A stretch of DNA of 64,000 nucleotides from contig JAITVV010000056.1 of NCBI GenBank assembly GCA_031285625.1, positions 96,001-160,000 of the forward strand, read 5' to 3'. This stretch comes from Prevotella sp. (lineage in GTDB: Bacteria; Bacteroidota; Bacteroidia; Bacteroidales; Dysgonomonadaceae). The notes below the pieces were generated by a model. The model was given only the letters and a program-made list of their open reading frames with translations. It searched no databases and was not told the DNA's origin. The translations under genes were made by a program, and so were the position numbers. Below, one piece after another: positions 48,849 through 60,170 of the stretch (the stretch's first letter is position 1; every line of letters begins with the position of its first letter).

Positions 48849-51800
48849 TTAATCAAGAGAGACACTCAAGCCCAAACCACGCATTTCATGAAGGAGTACG
48901 TTCAATGATTCAGGAATACCAGGTTGTGGCATTGGCTCCCCTTTCACTATCGCTTCGTAGGCTTTAGAACGCCCTACAACATCATCGGATTTGATCGTCA
49001 AGATTTCTCTAAGGATATATGCTGCACCAAATGCCTCTAGTGCCCAAACCTCCATTTCTCCGAAACGTTGTCCCCCAAATTGTGCTTTACCACCAAGAGG
49101 CTGTTGCGTAATAAGCGAGTAAGGACCAATAGAACGTGCATGCATCTTGTCTTCAACCATGTGACCAAGCTTAAGCATGTAGATAATACCTACAGTTGCA
49201 TGCTGATCAAACTGATCTCCTGTTCCTCCATCAAACAAACGAACTTTACCATAACGAGGAACTCCGGCTTTATCTGTCCATGAGTTCAAATCATCAAGGC
49301 TTGCGCCGTCGAAAATTGGAGTTGCAAATTTCACACCCAGTTCTTTTCCTGCCCAACCCAATACTGTTTCGAATATCTGACCAAGGTTCATACGGGAAGG
49401 TACACCTAGCGGATTAAGAACGATGTCTACCGGAGTACCATCTGGCAAGAACGGCATATCTTCCTGACGAACAATACGCGATACAATACCTTTGTTACCG
49501 TGGCGACCTGCCATCTTATCCCCTACTTGTACTTTACGTTTCTTAGCCACATAAACTTTTGCGATCTGTACGATACCGGAAGGAAGTTCATCCCCAATAG
49601 TAAGGTCGAAACGTTTACGTTTCAGTTCAGCATCCAGTTCTTTGTATTTACGCAGATAGTTTACAACCACATCTCTGATCAAATCATTCTTGTGAGCATC
49701 TGTAGTCCAGTTACTAACCTGAATTGATTCATAATCAATATTTTCTAAAGCACCTTTTGTAAATTTAGAGCCTTTACCTATAATGTCAACATTAAGATAA
49801 TCTTTAACACCCTGTGATGTCTTGCCTTCAGTTAATACCAATAGTTTATCTACCAATACACCTTTAAGCTTAGCCATCTTTTCTTCATACTCTTCATCTA
49901 ATTTAGGTAACAAAGCTTTGCTTGAAAGCTTAGTCTTGCCTTTCTTAGCTGCTTTAGAGAATAGGTTAGTTGCAACAACAACACCCTTCAATGATGGAGA
50001 AGCTTTCAATGAAGCATCTTTTACATCACCTGCTTTATCTCCAAATATAGCACGAAGTAGTTTTTCTTCAGGAGAAGGATCTGACTCTCCTTTCGGAGTA
50101 ATCTTACCAATAAGAATATCACCCGGATTTACACGAGCACCGATACGGATAATTCCTCTTTCGTCCAGATCTTTTGTTGCATCTTCACTTACATTCGGAA
50201 TATCCGAAGTTAGTTCTTCAACACCACGTTTTGTATCACGAACTTCGAGAGCAAACTCTTCTACGTGAACTGAAGTAAATATATCTTCGCGAACGATGCG
50301 TTCGTTCAATACAATAGCATCCTCGAAGTTATATCCCTTCCATGGCATGAAAGCTACTTTCAGATTCTTACCGATAGCCAATTCTCCTTGTTCTGTAGAA
50401 TATCCTTCTGTCAATATCTGATTCAACTCAACCCTGTCTCCTTTTCTACAAGTAGGACGGAGGTCGATAGTTGTATTCTGATTTGTTTTTCTAAACTTAG
50501 GTATATAATACGTCTTAATTGCATTATCAAAGTTCACAAACTCCTCATCAGAAGTACGGTCATATTTTATCTTGATAGTATCAGCATCTACGTAAACAAC
50601 TTCTCCGGCACCTTCCGCCACAATCTGTGTACGGGAGTCACGAATCAATTGTCCTTCAATACCTGTACCTACGATAGGAGCTTCGGTACGCATCAATGGC
50701 ACTGCCTGACGCATCATATTGGATCCCATCAATGCACGGTTAGCATCATCATGTTCAAGGAACGGAATCAACGAAGCTGCAATAGATGCAATCTGTGTTG
50801 GAGATACATCCATTAATTCGATCTCTTCCGGACCTACTACCGGATAATCAGCATCCTGACGAGCTTTAACACGTGTATTAACAAATCCGCCATCATCATT
50901 CAACGGGGCATTTCCCTGAGCAATGATTTTGTCTTCTTCTTCTTCGGCAGCAAGATATACAATACCGTTTTCAGAAAGGTCTACCTTTTTGTCTGCTACT
51001 TTACGATATGGAGTTTCGATAAATCCAAGATCATTTATTTTAGCATAAACACAAAGTGACGAAATCAGACCGATATTGGGACCTTCCGGTGTCTCGATAG
51101 GACAAAGACGTCCATAGTGAGTATAGTGAACGTCACGCACTTCAAATCCGGCTCTTTCACGAGAAAGACCACCCGGTCCCAGTGCAGACATACGACGCTT
51201 GTGAGTAATCTCAGCCAGAGGATTGGTTTGATCCATAAACTGAGACAATGCGTTCGTTCCAAAGAATGTATTTACTACAGATGAGATTGTTTTTGCATTA
51301 ATCAAATCGATCGGTGTAAATACTTCATTATCGCGAACGTTCATTCTTTCACGGATAATACGGGCCATACGGTTAAGACCAACTCCAAACTGATTGAAAA
51401 GTTGCTCCCCAACTGTACGTACACGACGGTTACTTAAGTGGTCAATATCATCAACTATTGCTTTTGAGTTAATCAACTCAATCAGATATTTGATGATCTC
51501 AATGATATCCTCCTTTGTTAGTACACGGATATCAGTATCAGTTGAAAGTCCTAATTTTTTATTTAGTCTGTAACGGCCAACTTCACCTAAGTCGTAACGT
51601 TTCTCCGAGAAGAACAGGTTATTAATTACTTCGCGAGCACTGGTATCATCAGCAGGCTCTGCACTACGAAGTTGTCTGTAGATATGACGGACAGCATCTA
51701 TTTCCGAGTTACTAGGGTCTTTCTGTAATGTATTATAGATAATAGCAAAATCAGAAATATTTTGTGACTCCTTATGTAACAAAATAGAAGATACATTTGA

Positions 51801-52661
51801 ATCCAAAATCAGATCCACATGATCTTTGTCCAGAATGGTTTCACGTTCAAGAATAACTTCGTTACGCTCGATAGAAGTAACCTCACCGGTATCTTCATCC
51901 ACGAAATCTTCCATCCATGACCTCAATATTCTGGCAGCAAGCTTACGCCCTACTACTTTCTTAATATTTTGTTTGTTAACTTTTATTTCTTCTGCCAAAT
52001 CGAATATTTCAAGGATATCTCTATCACTCTCAAATCCAATCGCACGAAGCAATGTAGTTACAGGTAATTTCTTTTTACGGTCAATGTATGCATACATGAC
52101 ATTATTGATGTCTGTAGCAAATTCAATCCATGATCCCTTGAATGGTATAATACGTGCCGAATACAACTTTGTACCATTGGCATGCATCGTTTGACCAAAG
52201 AATACACCCGGTGAACGGTGCAGCTGTGATACAACGACACGCTCAGCACCATTGATAACAAAGGTACCTTTTTCGGTCATGTATGGGATCAGCCCCAAAT
52301 AAACATCCTGAATAACTGTATCAAAGTCTTCATGGTCGGGGTCTGTACAATAAAGCTTAAGTTTTGCTTTTAGAGGAACACTATAGGTCAAACCTCTCTC
52401 TATACACTCTTCGATAGTATAGCGTGGAGGATCGATAAAGTAGTCCAAAAATTCTAATACAAAATTGTTTCGTGTATCAGCTATAGGAAAGTTTTCTGCA
52501 AAAACTTTGTATAAGCCTTCGTTCTTCCTCTTTTCGGGAGGAGTATCAAGTTGTAGAAAGTCGCGGAATGACTTTAGCTGTACTTCAAGAAAATCCGGGT
52601 AAGGAAGTGGATTCTTAATTGAAGCGAAATTGACTCTTTGATTTGTATTTGTTGAAGACAT
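48849..52661 (-). CDS. rpoB: RNA polymerase beta subunit
   Basis: [21 protein letters not shown]. Confidence 0.99.
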   Translation of the reverse strand: MSSTNTNQRVNFASIKNPLPYPDFLEVQLKSFRDFLQLDTPPEKRKNEGLYKVFAENFPIADTRNNFVLEFLDYFIDPPRYTIEECIERGLTYSVPLKAKLKLYCTDPDHEDFDTVIQDVYLGLIPYMTEKGTFVINGAERVVVSQLHRSPGVFFGQTMHANGTKLYSARIIPFKGSWIEFATDINNVMYAYIDRKKKLPVTTLLRAIGFESDRDILEIFDLAEEIKVNKQNIKKVVGRKLAARILRSWMEDFVDEDTGEVTSIERNEVILERETILDKDHVDLILDSNVSSILLHKESQNISDFAIIYNTLQKDPSNSEIDAVRHIYRQLRSAEPADDTSAREVINNLFFSEKRYDLGEVGRYRLNKKLGLSTDTDIRVLTKEDIIEIIKYLIELINSKAIVDDIDHLSNRRVRTVGEQLFNQFGVGLNRMARIIRERMNVRDNEVFTPIDLINAKTISSVVNTFFGTNALSQFMDQTNPLAEITHKRRMSALGPGGLSRERAGFEVRDVHYTHYGRLCPIETPEGPNIGLISSLCVYAKINDLGFIETPYRKVADKKVDLSENGIVYLAAEEEEDKIIAQGNAPLNDDGGFVNTRVKARQDADYPVVGPEEIELMDVSPTQIASIAASLIPFLEHDDANRALMGSNMMRQAVPLMRTEAPIVGTGIEGQLIRDSRTQIVAEGAGEVVYVDADTIKIKYDRTSDEEFVNFDNAIKTYYIPKFRKTNQNTTIDLRPTCRKGDRVELNQILTEGYSTEQGELAIGKNLKVAFMPWKGYNFEDAIVLNERIVREDIFTSVHVEEFALEVRDTKRGVEELTSDIPNVSEDATKDLDERGIIRIGARVNPGDILIGKITPKGESDPSPEEKLLRAIFGDKAGDVKDASLKASPSLKGVVVATNLFSKAAKKGKTKLSSKALLPKLDEEYEEKMAKLKGVLVDKLLVLTEGKTSQGVKDYLNVDIIGKGSKFTKGALENIDYESIQVSNWTTDAHKNDLIRDVVVNYLRKYKELDAELKRKRFDLTIGDELPSGIVQIAKVYVAKKRKVQVGDKMAGRHGNKGIVSRIVRQEDMPFLPDGTPVDIVLNPLGVPSRMNLGQIFETVLGWAGKELGVKFATPIFDGASLDDLNSWTDKAGVPRYGKVRLFDGGTGDQFDQHATVGIIYMLKLGHMVEDKMHARSIGPYSLITQQPLGGKAQFGGQRFGEMEVWALEAFGAAYILREILTIKSDDVVGRSKAYEAIVKGEPMPQPGIPESLNVLLHEMRGLGLSVSLD

Positions 52662-52699
52662 GGAATATCCAGTTTTATTGAACTTATTATTTTTGACGC

Positions 52700-52740
52700 A
52701 AAAAGGTTAAGAACCTTCTCGGCGAAGGTTCCTAACCAAA
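52700..52740 (-). terminator. rplL-rpoB terminator/attenuator
   Basis: Minus strand GGTTAGGAACCTTC...GAAGGTTCTTAACC TTTTT. Confidence 0.75.
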
Positions 52741-52762
52741 ATATCCTTATCCAGGACTATTT

Positions 52763-53137
52763 TTACTTAAGTTCAATTTCGGCTCCAGCTTCTTCTAGTT
52801 GTTTTTTCAATGCTTCTGCTTCATCTTTAGTTACTCCTTTTTTCAATTCGCTAGGAGCAGCATCAACTAGGTCTTTAGCTTCTTTCAAACCAAGTCCTGT
52901 TAGTTCTTTCACAGCTTTAACAACTGCTAATTTGTTAGCACCTGCTGCTTTGAAGATTACATCAAAAGATGTTTTTTCTTCTACTGCTTCTGCAGCAGCA
53001 GCTGGTCCTGCAGCAACTGCAACAGCAGCAGCGGCTGGTTCAATACCATATTCAGTTTTCAGAATTTCAGCTAATTCGCTTACTTCTTTTACTGTCAAAT
53101 TTACTAGTTGTTCTGCAATAGCTTTGATATCTGCCAT
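52763..53137 (-). CDS. rplL: 50S ribosomal protein L7/L12
   Basis: [19 protein letters not shown]. Confidence 0.99.
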   Translation of the reverse strand: MADIKAIAEQLVNLTVKEVSELAEILKTEYGIEPAAAAVAVAAGPAAAAEAVEEKTSFDVIFKAAGANKLAVVKAVKELTGLGLKEAKDLVDAAPSELKKGVTKDEAEALKKQLEEAGAEIELK

Positions 53138-53182
53138 TTTTGTATAAATTAAAATTGTTATTATTCTTTATGTTTTACGAAA

Positions 53183-53695
53183 TTATCTTTTCGATAATGT
53201 TTCTAATACGCCATGAATGGTATTACCTCCCGATTGAAGGGCAGAGATAACATTCTTAGCCGGAGATTGAAGTAATCCGATAACGTCACCGATAAGTTCA
53301 TTTTTGCTCTTGATATTTTCTAATGCACTTAGGTTTTCTTTACCTATATAGAAACTTTCTTGAACATATGCTGCCTTAAGTGAAGGGATACCTTCTTTTT
53401 TGTACTTTGCAATCAATTTAGCGGGTGCATTTGCCGAATTAGAGAACATGATAGCGGTATTACCTTTCAGAACCTCACTCAGTTCAGAATAGTCTCCCTC
53501 TAATGTATCTAATGCTTTTTGCAACAGTGTATTCTTTACAACCATCAATTTGATTTCTTGCTTAGCACACTCTCTTCTCAATTCGCTTGTTTTAGCTGAA
53601 TTAAGAGTAGCAATGTCAGTAAGATAGAAATGGTCGTAACCTTTAATTGTAGCCGCTATAGAATTAATGATTGTGCTTTTATCTTCCTTTCTCAT
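53183..53695 (-). CDS. rplJ: 50S ribosomal protein L10
   Basis: LRR...VVKNTL; synteny. Confidence 0.98.
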   Translation of the reverse strand: MRKEDKSTIINSIAATIKGYDHFYLTDIATLNSAKTSELRRECAKQEIKLMVVKNTLLQKALDTLEGDYSELSEVLKGNTAIMFSNSANAPAKLIAKYKKEGIPSLKAAYVQESFYIGKENLSALENIKSKNELIGDVIGLLQSPAKNVISALQSGGNTIHGVLETLSKR

Positions 53696-53715
53696 AATGT
53701 TTCAGTCAATTTTTA

Positions 53716-54411
53716 TTAATTTTCTACTGATTTAGGGTCTATTTTAACACCCGGACTCATAGTACTTGAAAGACAAACACTTTTCACATAAGTTCCTTTA
53801 GCTGCTGTTGGTTTCAATTTGATAAGCGTAGCAATAAATTCCTTCGCGTTATCTTTGATCTGTTCAGGAGTAAAAGATACTTTACCTATAGAAGCATGAA
53901 TGATACCAGCCTTGTCTACTTTAAAGTCAATCTTACCAGATTTAACTTCCTGTACAGCCTTAGCAACATCCACTGTCACTGTACCGCTCTTAGGGTTAGG
54001 CATAAGACCACGAGGTCCTAAAACACGTCCCAGAGCACCAACTTTACCCATAATAGCAGGCTGAGTGATGATAACATCAATATCAGTCCAGCCACCTTTT
54101 ATTTTCTCGATATATTCATCCAGACCTACATAGTCAGCTCCTGCTTCTTTAGCCGCTGCTTCTGCATCTGGAGAACATAATACCAAAACTCTAACTTGTT
54201 TTCCTGTTCCATGAGGAAGAGATACTACACCTCTTACCATCTGGTTAGCTTTACGTGGGTCTACACCAAGACGCACATCCAAATCAACAGAAGCGTCAAA
54301 CTTCGTCGTTGTTACCTCTTTTACAAGAGAAGATGCTTCAGTAAGTGTATATAATTTCCCTGCTTCAATCTTGCTGAAAGCTAACTTTTGATTTTTTGTA
54401 AGTTTACCCAT
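53716..54411 (-). CDS. rplA: 50S ribosomal protein L1
   Basis: [16 protein letters not shown]. Confidence 0.99.
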   Translation of the reverse strand: MGKLTKNQKLAFSKIEAGKLYTLTEASSLVKEVTTTKFDASVDLDVRLGVDPRKANQMVRGVVSLPHGTGKQVRVLVLCSPDAEAAAKEAGADYVGLDEYIEKIKGGWTDIDVIITQPAIMGKVGALGRVLGPRGLMPNPKSGTVTVDVAKAVQEVKSGKIDFKVDKAGIIHASIGKVSFTPEQIKDNAKEFIATLIKLKPTAAKGTYVKSVCLSSTMSPGVKIDPKSVEN

Positions 54412-54429
54412 TCTCAATTGAAGTTTTAA

Positions 54430-54873
54430 TTAATTATTCTCAGGGAAAGCCCCTTTAACAGTAATACCCATACTTCTTGCTGTACCAGCAACCATTCTCA
54501 TGGCAGATTCTACAGTAAAGCAGTTTAAGTCAACCATCTTATCTTCAGCAATAGCTTTTACTTGATCCCAAGTTATTTCGGCTACTTTCTTACGATTAGG
54601 TTCGGCTGATCCACTTTTTATTTTAGCAGCTTCAAGTAATTGAATTGCTACTGGTGGCTGTTTTACAATAAAATCAAAAGACTTATCAGCATAGTAAGTA
54701 ATTACCACTGGCAATATTTTACCTGCTTTGTCTTGAGTTCTGGCATTAAATTGCTTACAGAAATCCATAATATTGATACCTTTAGAACCTAAAGCAGGCC
54801 CTACCGGAGGAGATGGATTTGCTGCACCGCCTTTAATCTGTAATTTTAATTGTCCAGCAATTTCTTTAGCCAT
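54430..54873 (-). CDS. rplK: 50S ribosomal protein L11
   Basis: [19 protein letters not shown]. Confidence 0.99.
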   Translation of the reverse strand: MAKEIAGQLKLQIKGGAANPSPPVGPALGSKGINIMDFCKQFNARTQDKAGKILPVVITYYADKSFDFIVKQPPVAIQLLEAAKIKSGSAEPNRKKVAEITWDQVKAIAEDKMVDLNCFTVESAMRMVAGTARSMGITVKGAFPENN

Positions 54874-54936
54874 TTTCGTTTTTAATTTTTAGTTTTGTTA
54901 AAACTTAAATAGAACTTTCAGAGTGCGTAACCAATC

Positions 54937-55482
54937 TTACTGTTCTTTTTCGACTTGCATGTAATTCAATTCTAACGGAGTTTTCCGTCCGAATATCTTT
55001 ACCATCACTTTTAGTTTCTTCTTCTCTGCGTTCACTTCTTCAATAATTCCTGAAAATCCTGAGAAAGGGCCATTTGTCACCTTCACATTTTCTCCAACAA
55101 AATATTGAATATCCAGACCTACTTCCTGCTCATCCAACTCATCCATTGTGCCAAGTATCCTGTTTACTTCAGATTGGCTTAACGGTTGAGGATTTGTAGT
55201 ATTAGGCAAAAATCCTGCAACAAAATTAATGTTGCGCAATTCATGGATTACTTCTCCCACCAAAGCTGCCTCAATTAAAATATAACCGGGAAGATAAGCT
55301 CTTTCTTTAAGAACTTTCTTTCCGTTACGCATAATGTAGGTTTTCTCTGTGGGGATAAGAACTTGAGAGATGTATTTACCTAAGTCAGTTTTCTTTATCT
55401 CAGACTCAAGATACTCTTTGACTTTATTTTCTTTTCCACTAACGGCACGTAAAACATACCATTTCTTTTCGATTTCAGTCAT
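54937..55482 (-). CDS. nusG: Transcription factor NusG
   Basis: WYV...SG.E, PGYI, KOW motif GPFSGF, IFGRKTP. Confidence 0.98.
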   Translation of the reverse strand: MTEIEKKWYVLRAVSGKENKVKEYLESEIKKTDLGKYISQVLIPTEKTYIMRNGKKVLKERAYLPGYILIEAALVGEVIHELRNINFVAGFLPNTTNPQPLSQSEVNRILGTMDELDEQEVGLDIQYFVGENVKVTNGPFSGFSGIIEEVNAEKKKLKVMVKIFGRKTPLELNYMQVEKEQ

Positions 55483-55499
55483 AGTTTTTGATAAGAGAT

Positions 55500-55691
55500 T
55501 TACAACAGACCATAGAATAATTTAACCACCCTGTCAAATACAGAATCAACACCCCATACAACCAATGCCATCATAATGGAAGCTATCATGACGATGACTG
55601 CACTACTTGTCAATTCTGTGCGAGATGGCCAAGAAACCTTGAATACAAGCTCGTTATAAGAATCCTTAATATAGTTAATTATCTTTTTCAT
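55500..55691 (-). CDS. secE: Preprotein translocase SecE
   Basis: EL..KVSWP plus one TM helix; start MKKIINY downstream of tRNA-Trp. Confidence 0.95.
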   Translation of the reverse strand: MKKIINYIKDSYNELVFKVSWPSRTELTSSAVIVMIASIMMALVVWGVDSVFDRVVKLFYGLL

Positions 55692-55709
55692 CACTCCTGT
55701 TTGAGTTAG

Positions 55710-55781
55710 CACGGGCGGAGAGATTCGAACTCCCGACATTTGGTTTTGGAGACCAACGCTCTACCACTGAACTACGCCCGT
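55710..55781 (-). tRNA. tRNA-Trp(CCA)
   Basis: ACGGGCG acceptor stem, anticodon arm TTGGT-CTCCAAA-ACCAA, TTCGAAT loop. Confidence 0.96.
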
Positions 55782-55829
55782 AAATTAAAGCCGATTATAT
55801 TCCAAACCGGCTTTATAATATAGTAGAAA

Positions 55830-57017
55830 TTATTTATCAATTTCTGTAATCTGACCAGCACCTACTGTACGTCCACCTTCACGGATAGCAAAACGAAGAC
55901 CTACGTTACAAGCAACTGGATAGATAAGCTCAACGTTGATTGTCAAGTTATCACCTGGCATAACCATATCTGTTCCTTCAGGAAGAGTAATCTCACCTGT
56001 TACGTCCAATGTACGGATATAGAACTGAGGACGGTATTTGTTATGGAATGGAGTATGACGTCCACCTTCTTCTTTCTTAAGGATATAAACCTCAGCTTTG
56101 AAGTTAGTGTGAGGAGTAATCTTACCTGGATGGCAAATCACCATACCACGTTTGATTTCATCTTTATCAATACCACGAAGCAATAGACCTACGTTGTCAC
56201 CAGCTTGTCCGTCGTCAAGAATCTTACGGAACATTTCAACTCCAGTTACAACTGATTTTTTGTTTTCAGCTCCAAGTCCGATAATCTGAACTTCTTCACC
56301 TGTTTTGATTTTACCAGTTTCGATACGACCTGTTGCTACAGTACCACGACCTGTGATAGAGAACACATCTTCTACTGGCATAAGGAATGGTTTATCAACA
56401 TCACGTGGAGGAAGTGGAATCCAAGTATCCACAGCGTTCATAAGTTCCATTACTTGGCTAACCCAAGGTTCAACACCGTTCAATGCACCTAGTGCAGATC
56501 CACGGATAACCGGAGTATTATCACCATCGAACTCATAGAATGAAAGAAGTTCTCTCATTTCAAGTTCAACAAGTTCCAACATTTCTTCGTCTTCAACGAT
56601 ATCGCATTTGTTCATGAAAACAACCAATTTAGGTACGTTTACCTGACGTGCCAAAAGGATGTGTTCACGAGTTTGAGGCATCGGACCATCAGTAGCAGCT
56701 ACCACAATGATAGCACCATCCATCTGAGCAGCACCAGTAACCATGTTTTTCACGTAGTCCGCGTGACCTGGACAGTCAACGTGAGCATAGTGACGGTTAG
56801 CTGTTTCATATTCAACATGAGATGTATTGATTGTAATACCACGTTCTTTTTCTTCAGGAGCGTTATCGATTGAGTCGAATGAACGAGCTTGAGAAAGGCC
56901 TGCGTCAGCCAACACTTTAGTGATAGCAGCAGTCAAAGTAGTTTTACCATGGTCAACGTGACCGATTGTACCGATGTTCACGTGCGGTTTCGCCCGGTTA
57001 AAATGTTCTTTTGCCAT
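55830..57017 (-). CDS. tuf: Elongation factor Tu
   Basis: [18 protein letters not shown]. Confidence 0.99.
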   Translation of the reverse strand: MAKEHFNRAKPHVNIGTIGHVDHGKTTLTAAITKVLADAGLSQARSFDSIDNAPEEKERGITINTSHVEYETANRHYAHVDCPGHADYVKNMVTGAAQMDGAIIVVAATDGPMPQTREHILLARQVNVPKLVVFMNKCDIVEDEEMLELVELEMRELLSFYEFDGDNTPVIRGSALGALNGVEPWVSQVMELMNAVDTWIPLPPRDVDKPFLMPVEDVFSITGRGTVATGRIETGKIKTGEEVQIIGLGAENKKSVVTGVEMFRKILDDGQAGDNVGLLLRGIDKDEIKRGMVICHPGKITPHTNFKAEVYILKKEEGGRHTPFHNKYRPQFYIRTLDVTGEITLPEGTDMVMPGDNLTINVELIYPVACNVGLRFAIREGGRTVGAGQITEIDK

Positions 57018-57087
57018 AATTAATCTTCTATTATTTAGTTAATGTATATATTTAATTCAATCTGAATCAACTATCTGTTATTAAAAG

Positions 57088-57159
<72 letters not shown>

Positions 57160-57312
57160 TTAAATTTCAAAAATTTCACCTCAACAAAATCCTTACCCCT
57201 TTACAAAACAGGAGCTTTTATTATTGAAGCGAAAAAGATGGAAATTAAAGTGAAGAAATATGTAAATCTACTGATTCATAGGTTTTCAAAACTTCTCTTT
57301 CCTTATAGCTTG

Positions 57313-57386
57313 AGCCTCTTGTCGGATTCGAACCAACGACCCCGAGATTACAAATCACGTGCTCTGGCCAACTGAGCTAAAGAGGC
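57313..57386 (-). tRNA. tRNA-Thr(TGT)
   Basis: GCCTCTT/AAGAGGC acceptor stem, loop TTTGTAA, TTCGAAT. Confidence 0.95.
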
Positions 57387-57558
57387 ATACTAGTATAATT
57401 TTGCCGCCATCGCGCTTTTTTCATAGCGAAACGGCGACAAAATTAGAAATTATTTTTTAGAATCGCAATACTTTGTAGATTTATTTTTATTGTATTTTCT
57501 TTTATCGGATCATTCATTCATTCTCAGCATAGTAGATATGCTTTTCATATTACGATTT

Positions 57559-57858
57559 TTACTTTGTTTGAGCTTTCTCTTTTGCTTTCAGCACTTGTTT
57601 CTCTAAAGCCTCTATACTTTGCACTACAGCCTCTTCGAATGTATCGGCTATTTTATTGGCAAAAAGCTCGCCATTTTTAATGTTTAGCTTTATCGAAGCT
57701 TCTTTATTATTCGCTACTTCAGGCTTTACTACCTTGAGAATAACTTCAGCATCTACTATCTGATCTGAAAACTTATCCAATTTTGATATTTTTTTCTCAA
57801 TAAACTCTTTCAATTGAGCTGTTGCATCAAAGTGCACTGACTGAATCGCAATATTCAT
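57559..57858 (-). CDS. hpf: Ribosome hibernation promoting factor (RaiA/HPF)
   Basis: QSVHFDA..QLKEFIEKKISKL, TFEEAV...LEKQ; synteny with rpsU-xerC. Confidence 0.92.
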   Translation of the reverse strand: MNIAIQSVHFDATAQLKEFIEKKISKLDKFSDQIVDAEVILKVVKPEVANNKEASIKLNIKNGELFANKIADTFEEAVVQSIEALEKQVLKAKEKAQTK

Positions 57859-57865
57859 AGTTAAT

Positions 57866-57873
57866 CCTCCTTT
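57866..57873 (-). promoter_or_regulatory. Canonical Shine-Dalgarno of hpf
   Basis: AAAGGAGG located 7 nt before ATG. Confidence 0.75.
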
Positions 57874-57878
57874 ACTTT

Positions 57879-58763
57879 TTAAGCTCTGGGATGAGCTTTG
57901 TTATAAATCTTCTTTAATTCTTCAAATGAAGTATGTGTGTATATTTCTGTAGCCGCAAGGCTTGAATGTCCTAATAGTTCTTTCACCGCATTTATATCCG
58001 CACCGTTATTTAACATCCCTGTAGCAAATGAATGCCTGAGGACATGGGGACTGGTTTTTGACAATGTGGGTATCTGATTCAGACTCTCTGTAACGATACG
58101 ATGCACAAGCATTGGATAAAGCGCCTCTCCATCATTTTTAACAAAGAAGCAACCTGATCCATTCACAATCTCATTATCCCTGACTTCAATATATTGGCGC
58201 AATAACGATTTCATGCTATCGCTTATCGGTATCAGCCGCTGCTTATTCCGCTTTCCTGTCACTTGTATTGTTCCTGCACTGAAATCTACATCGACATCTT
58301 TCAGTCCGATTAATTCAGCACGCCGGATACCTGTTACATAAAACAGCTCTATCATAATATGGTTTCGCAAGGATTCAAATGTATCTTCAACATTACTTTC
58401 GTCCAGAACTTTATCCATATCGGAGTTATTTACGAAGGAAGGGAGCGGCTTAGTTATTTTCGGTCCACTGATCTTTTTCACCGGATTAGATTGCACCTCC
58501 CCTATTCTCAATAAATATTTATAGAATGATTTTAACGCACTTAATTTGCGATTAACCGAACGCGCCGAGATCTTGACCTCCATCAGGGAAACAATCCACA
58601 TGCGAACAATATCGCCATCTACCGACTTAGTATCTGCTTCGGGAAAATGTTCTGCGAGAAAAGCTGTGAACTGCCGCAGGTCTTCAGAATAAGAAATCTC
58701 CGTATGTAAAGAATAGTTCTTTTCATAACGGAGATACTTGATATATTTGTCAATTAACAGCAT
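57879..58763 (-). CDS. xerC: XerC-type tyrosine recombinase (housekeeping)
   Basis: TGIRRAEL, GKRNKQR, HVLRHSFAT, LLGHSSL..T..Y. Confidence 0.9.
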   Translation of the reverse strand: MLLIDKYIKYLRYEKNYSLHTEISYSEDLRQFTAFLAEHFPEADTKSVDGDIVRMWIVSLMEVKISARSVNRKLSALKSFYKYLLRIGEVQSNPVKKISGPKITKPLPSFVNNSDMDKVLDESNVEDTFESLRNHIMIELFYVTGIRRAELIGLKDVDVDFSAGTIQVTGKRNKQRLIPISDSMKSLLRQYIEVRDNEIVNGSGCFFVKNDGEALYPMLVHRIVTESLNQIPTLSKTSPHVLRHSFATGMLNNGADINAVKELLGHSSLAATEIYTHTSFEELKKIYNKAHPRA

Positions 58764-58829
58764 CATTCTACCGAGTTTCTATCCTGAATGACGAAGTTAA
58801 TAATATTATGCGAAAATGACAATTATTTT

Positions 58830-59021
58830 TTAATCTTCTAAGCGGTGCATTTGCTCTACATAAACTGCATGCAATCTGCGTTCTCTTTTCACCACTGATG
58901 GCTTACGGAACTCCTGACGTCTTCTCAGTTCTTTAACAACACCTGTTTTTTCGTATTTTCTTTTAAATTTCTTCAGCGCTTTTTCAATATTTTCGCCTTC
59001 TTTTAATGGAACAATAATCAT
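58830..59021 (-). CDS. rpsU: 30S ribosomal protein bS21
   Basis: EGENIEKALKKFKRK...ELRRRQEF.KPS. Confidence 0.97.
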   Translation of the reverse strand: MIIVPLKEGENIEKALKKFKRKYEKTGVVKELRRRQEFRKPSVVKRERRLHAVYVEQMHRLED

Positions 59022-59119
59022 AATTATTTTTTATTTTATTTGTTTATTTTAATTCAATTTAATCAAGGTCGAACCAATCTGGCTCTTATTCAAAAAAAAA
59101 CAATTCAAGTATTTGGCAT

Positions 59120-59205
59120 AAAAATCCTTTGAACACTGTATAGATAACAGCATCAAACATTCAGTAAATATGTTTTAGTTCAAAAGATCATCAAACCTCC
59201 TCTCT
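59120..59205 (-). promoter_or_regulatory. Structured rpsU leader with extended SD and mini-uORF
   Basis: AGAGAGGAGGT (59205-59195), ATG ATC TTT TGA (59191-59180), 11-bp stem 59188-59178/59134-59124 with two internal hairpins and U tail. Confidence 0.6.
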
Positions 59206-59216
59206 ATTTTGGGGTG

Positions 59217-59248
59217 CAAATTTATGATTTAATATCTTAATGTACAAG
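59217..59248 (-). promoter_or_regulatory. Bacteroidota housekeeping promoter for rpsU
   Basis: -7 box TAAATTTG (59224-59217) and CTTG 20 nt upstream. Confidence 0.65.
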
Positions 59249-59263
59249 ACTTTTTAAAACTTT

Positions 59264-59725
59264 CTATTCTTTTTTCATTTGAATATGTGGTATACCATCC
59301 TCCAGGTACATCTCACTTGTTTGCTTAAATCCATGACTCTCATAGAATTTTTTCAGATACAATTGCCCCGAAATTGTTATTTTGGTTTCCCCCAATACAG
59401 ATGCCTCAATATCTATCGCTTTTGTCATCATTTCATGACCATATCCATATTTACGATATTCCTGAGCGACGATAACCCTCCCGATGCTAGCTTCTTCAAA
59501 ATAACCTCCTGCTTTGAACAGGCGACAATATGCAATAAGTTTACCATCTACATAACCACTAAGATGTAAAGCTTTCTGATCCTTGTAGTCTATATCCAGA
59601 TATGGTGCATTCTGTTCAATTACAAATATTTTACAACGCAAATGTAATATTTCGTAAAGTTCATCCCTTGTGAGTTCCTCATAAGAACTCAATTTCCATG
59701 ATATTTCTTTTTTCATATTTTTCAA
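59264..59725 (-). CDS. GNAT acetyltransferase (ElaA-like)
   Basis: LYEILHLR..IFVIEQ..Y.DID..D, SIGRV, YLEDGIPHI.M. Confidence 0.9.
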   Translation of the reverse strand: MKNMKKEISWKLSSYEELTRDELYEILHLRCKIFVIEQNAPYLDIDYKDQKALHLSGYVDGKLIAYCRLFKAGGYFEEASIGRVIVAQEYRKYGYGHEMMTKAIDIEASVLGETKITISGQLYLKKFYESHGFKQTSEMYLEDGIPHIQMKKE

Positions 59726-60072
59726 ATAATTTTATAGCGCATTATAAATCATCATTTTATCAACAAGCAAATGATTACCGAAAGCCACGCTATAGAAATA
59801 GAATCAAGTATAATTAAAATGTGACAAAAGTAGTTTATAAATTCTGTAATCAACAAGCTTCATTCATATCTTTTCATATAATATCGATTCTTAAAATATT
59901 CAGAGAAAATACAGAAGGTGTACCATTATCTGTCTTCAATGCCCTTATATGTTATATTGCTTTACTTTTTCCTTAAGTTATAAAGATAGAAAAAACAAAC
60001 AAAAACCTGTTCTATCTGTTCTATGAGTGATGTAAAATATTTATATATGACTAATTAATGGAGAGAATGTAA

Positions 60073-60170
60073 TATCTTTGCAAGCTAATTATATGCTGTC
60101 AGTTTTCAACTGATAGTATTAAGTAAAATACAGAAAACTAACAGCTAATAGCTAAATGCTATCAGCTAAA
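60073..60170 (+). promoter_or_regulatory. sufB promoter and structured leader with 7-mer repeats
   Basis: TATCTTTG at 60073-60080; CTAACAG CTAATAG CTAAATG CTATCAG at 60138-60165. Confidence 0.55.

Noticed and set aside
44688-52261. Many antisense ORFs within rpoB and rpoC (also tuf, nfnB, susC)
   Set aside because: Shadow ORFs expected from codon bias; no recognisable motifs
55692-55739. Longer secE start
   Set aside because: Overlaps tRNA-Trp
57398-57446. Hairpin upstream of the tRNAs as a novel RNA
   Set aside because: It overlaps a TAATTTTG -7 box and is adequately explained as the tRNA promoter/leader or hpf terminator
57879-58766. Tyrosine recombinase near tRNAs as an integrative element
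   Set aside because: rpsU-xerC-hpf is a housekeeping arrangement; no att duplication or cargo is visible
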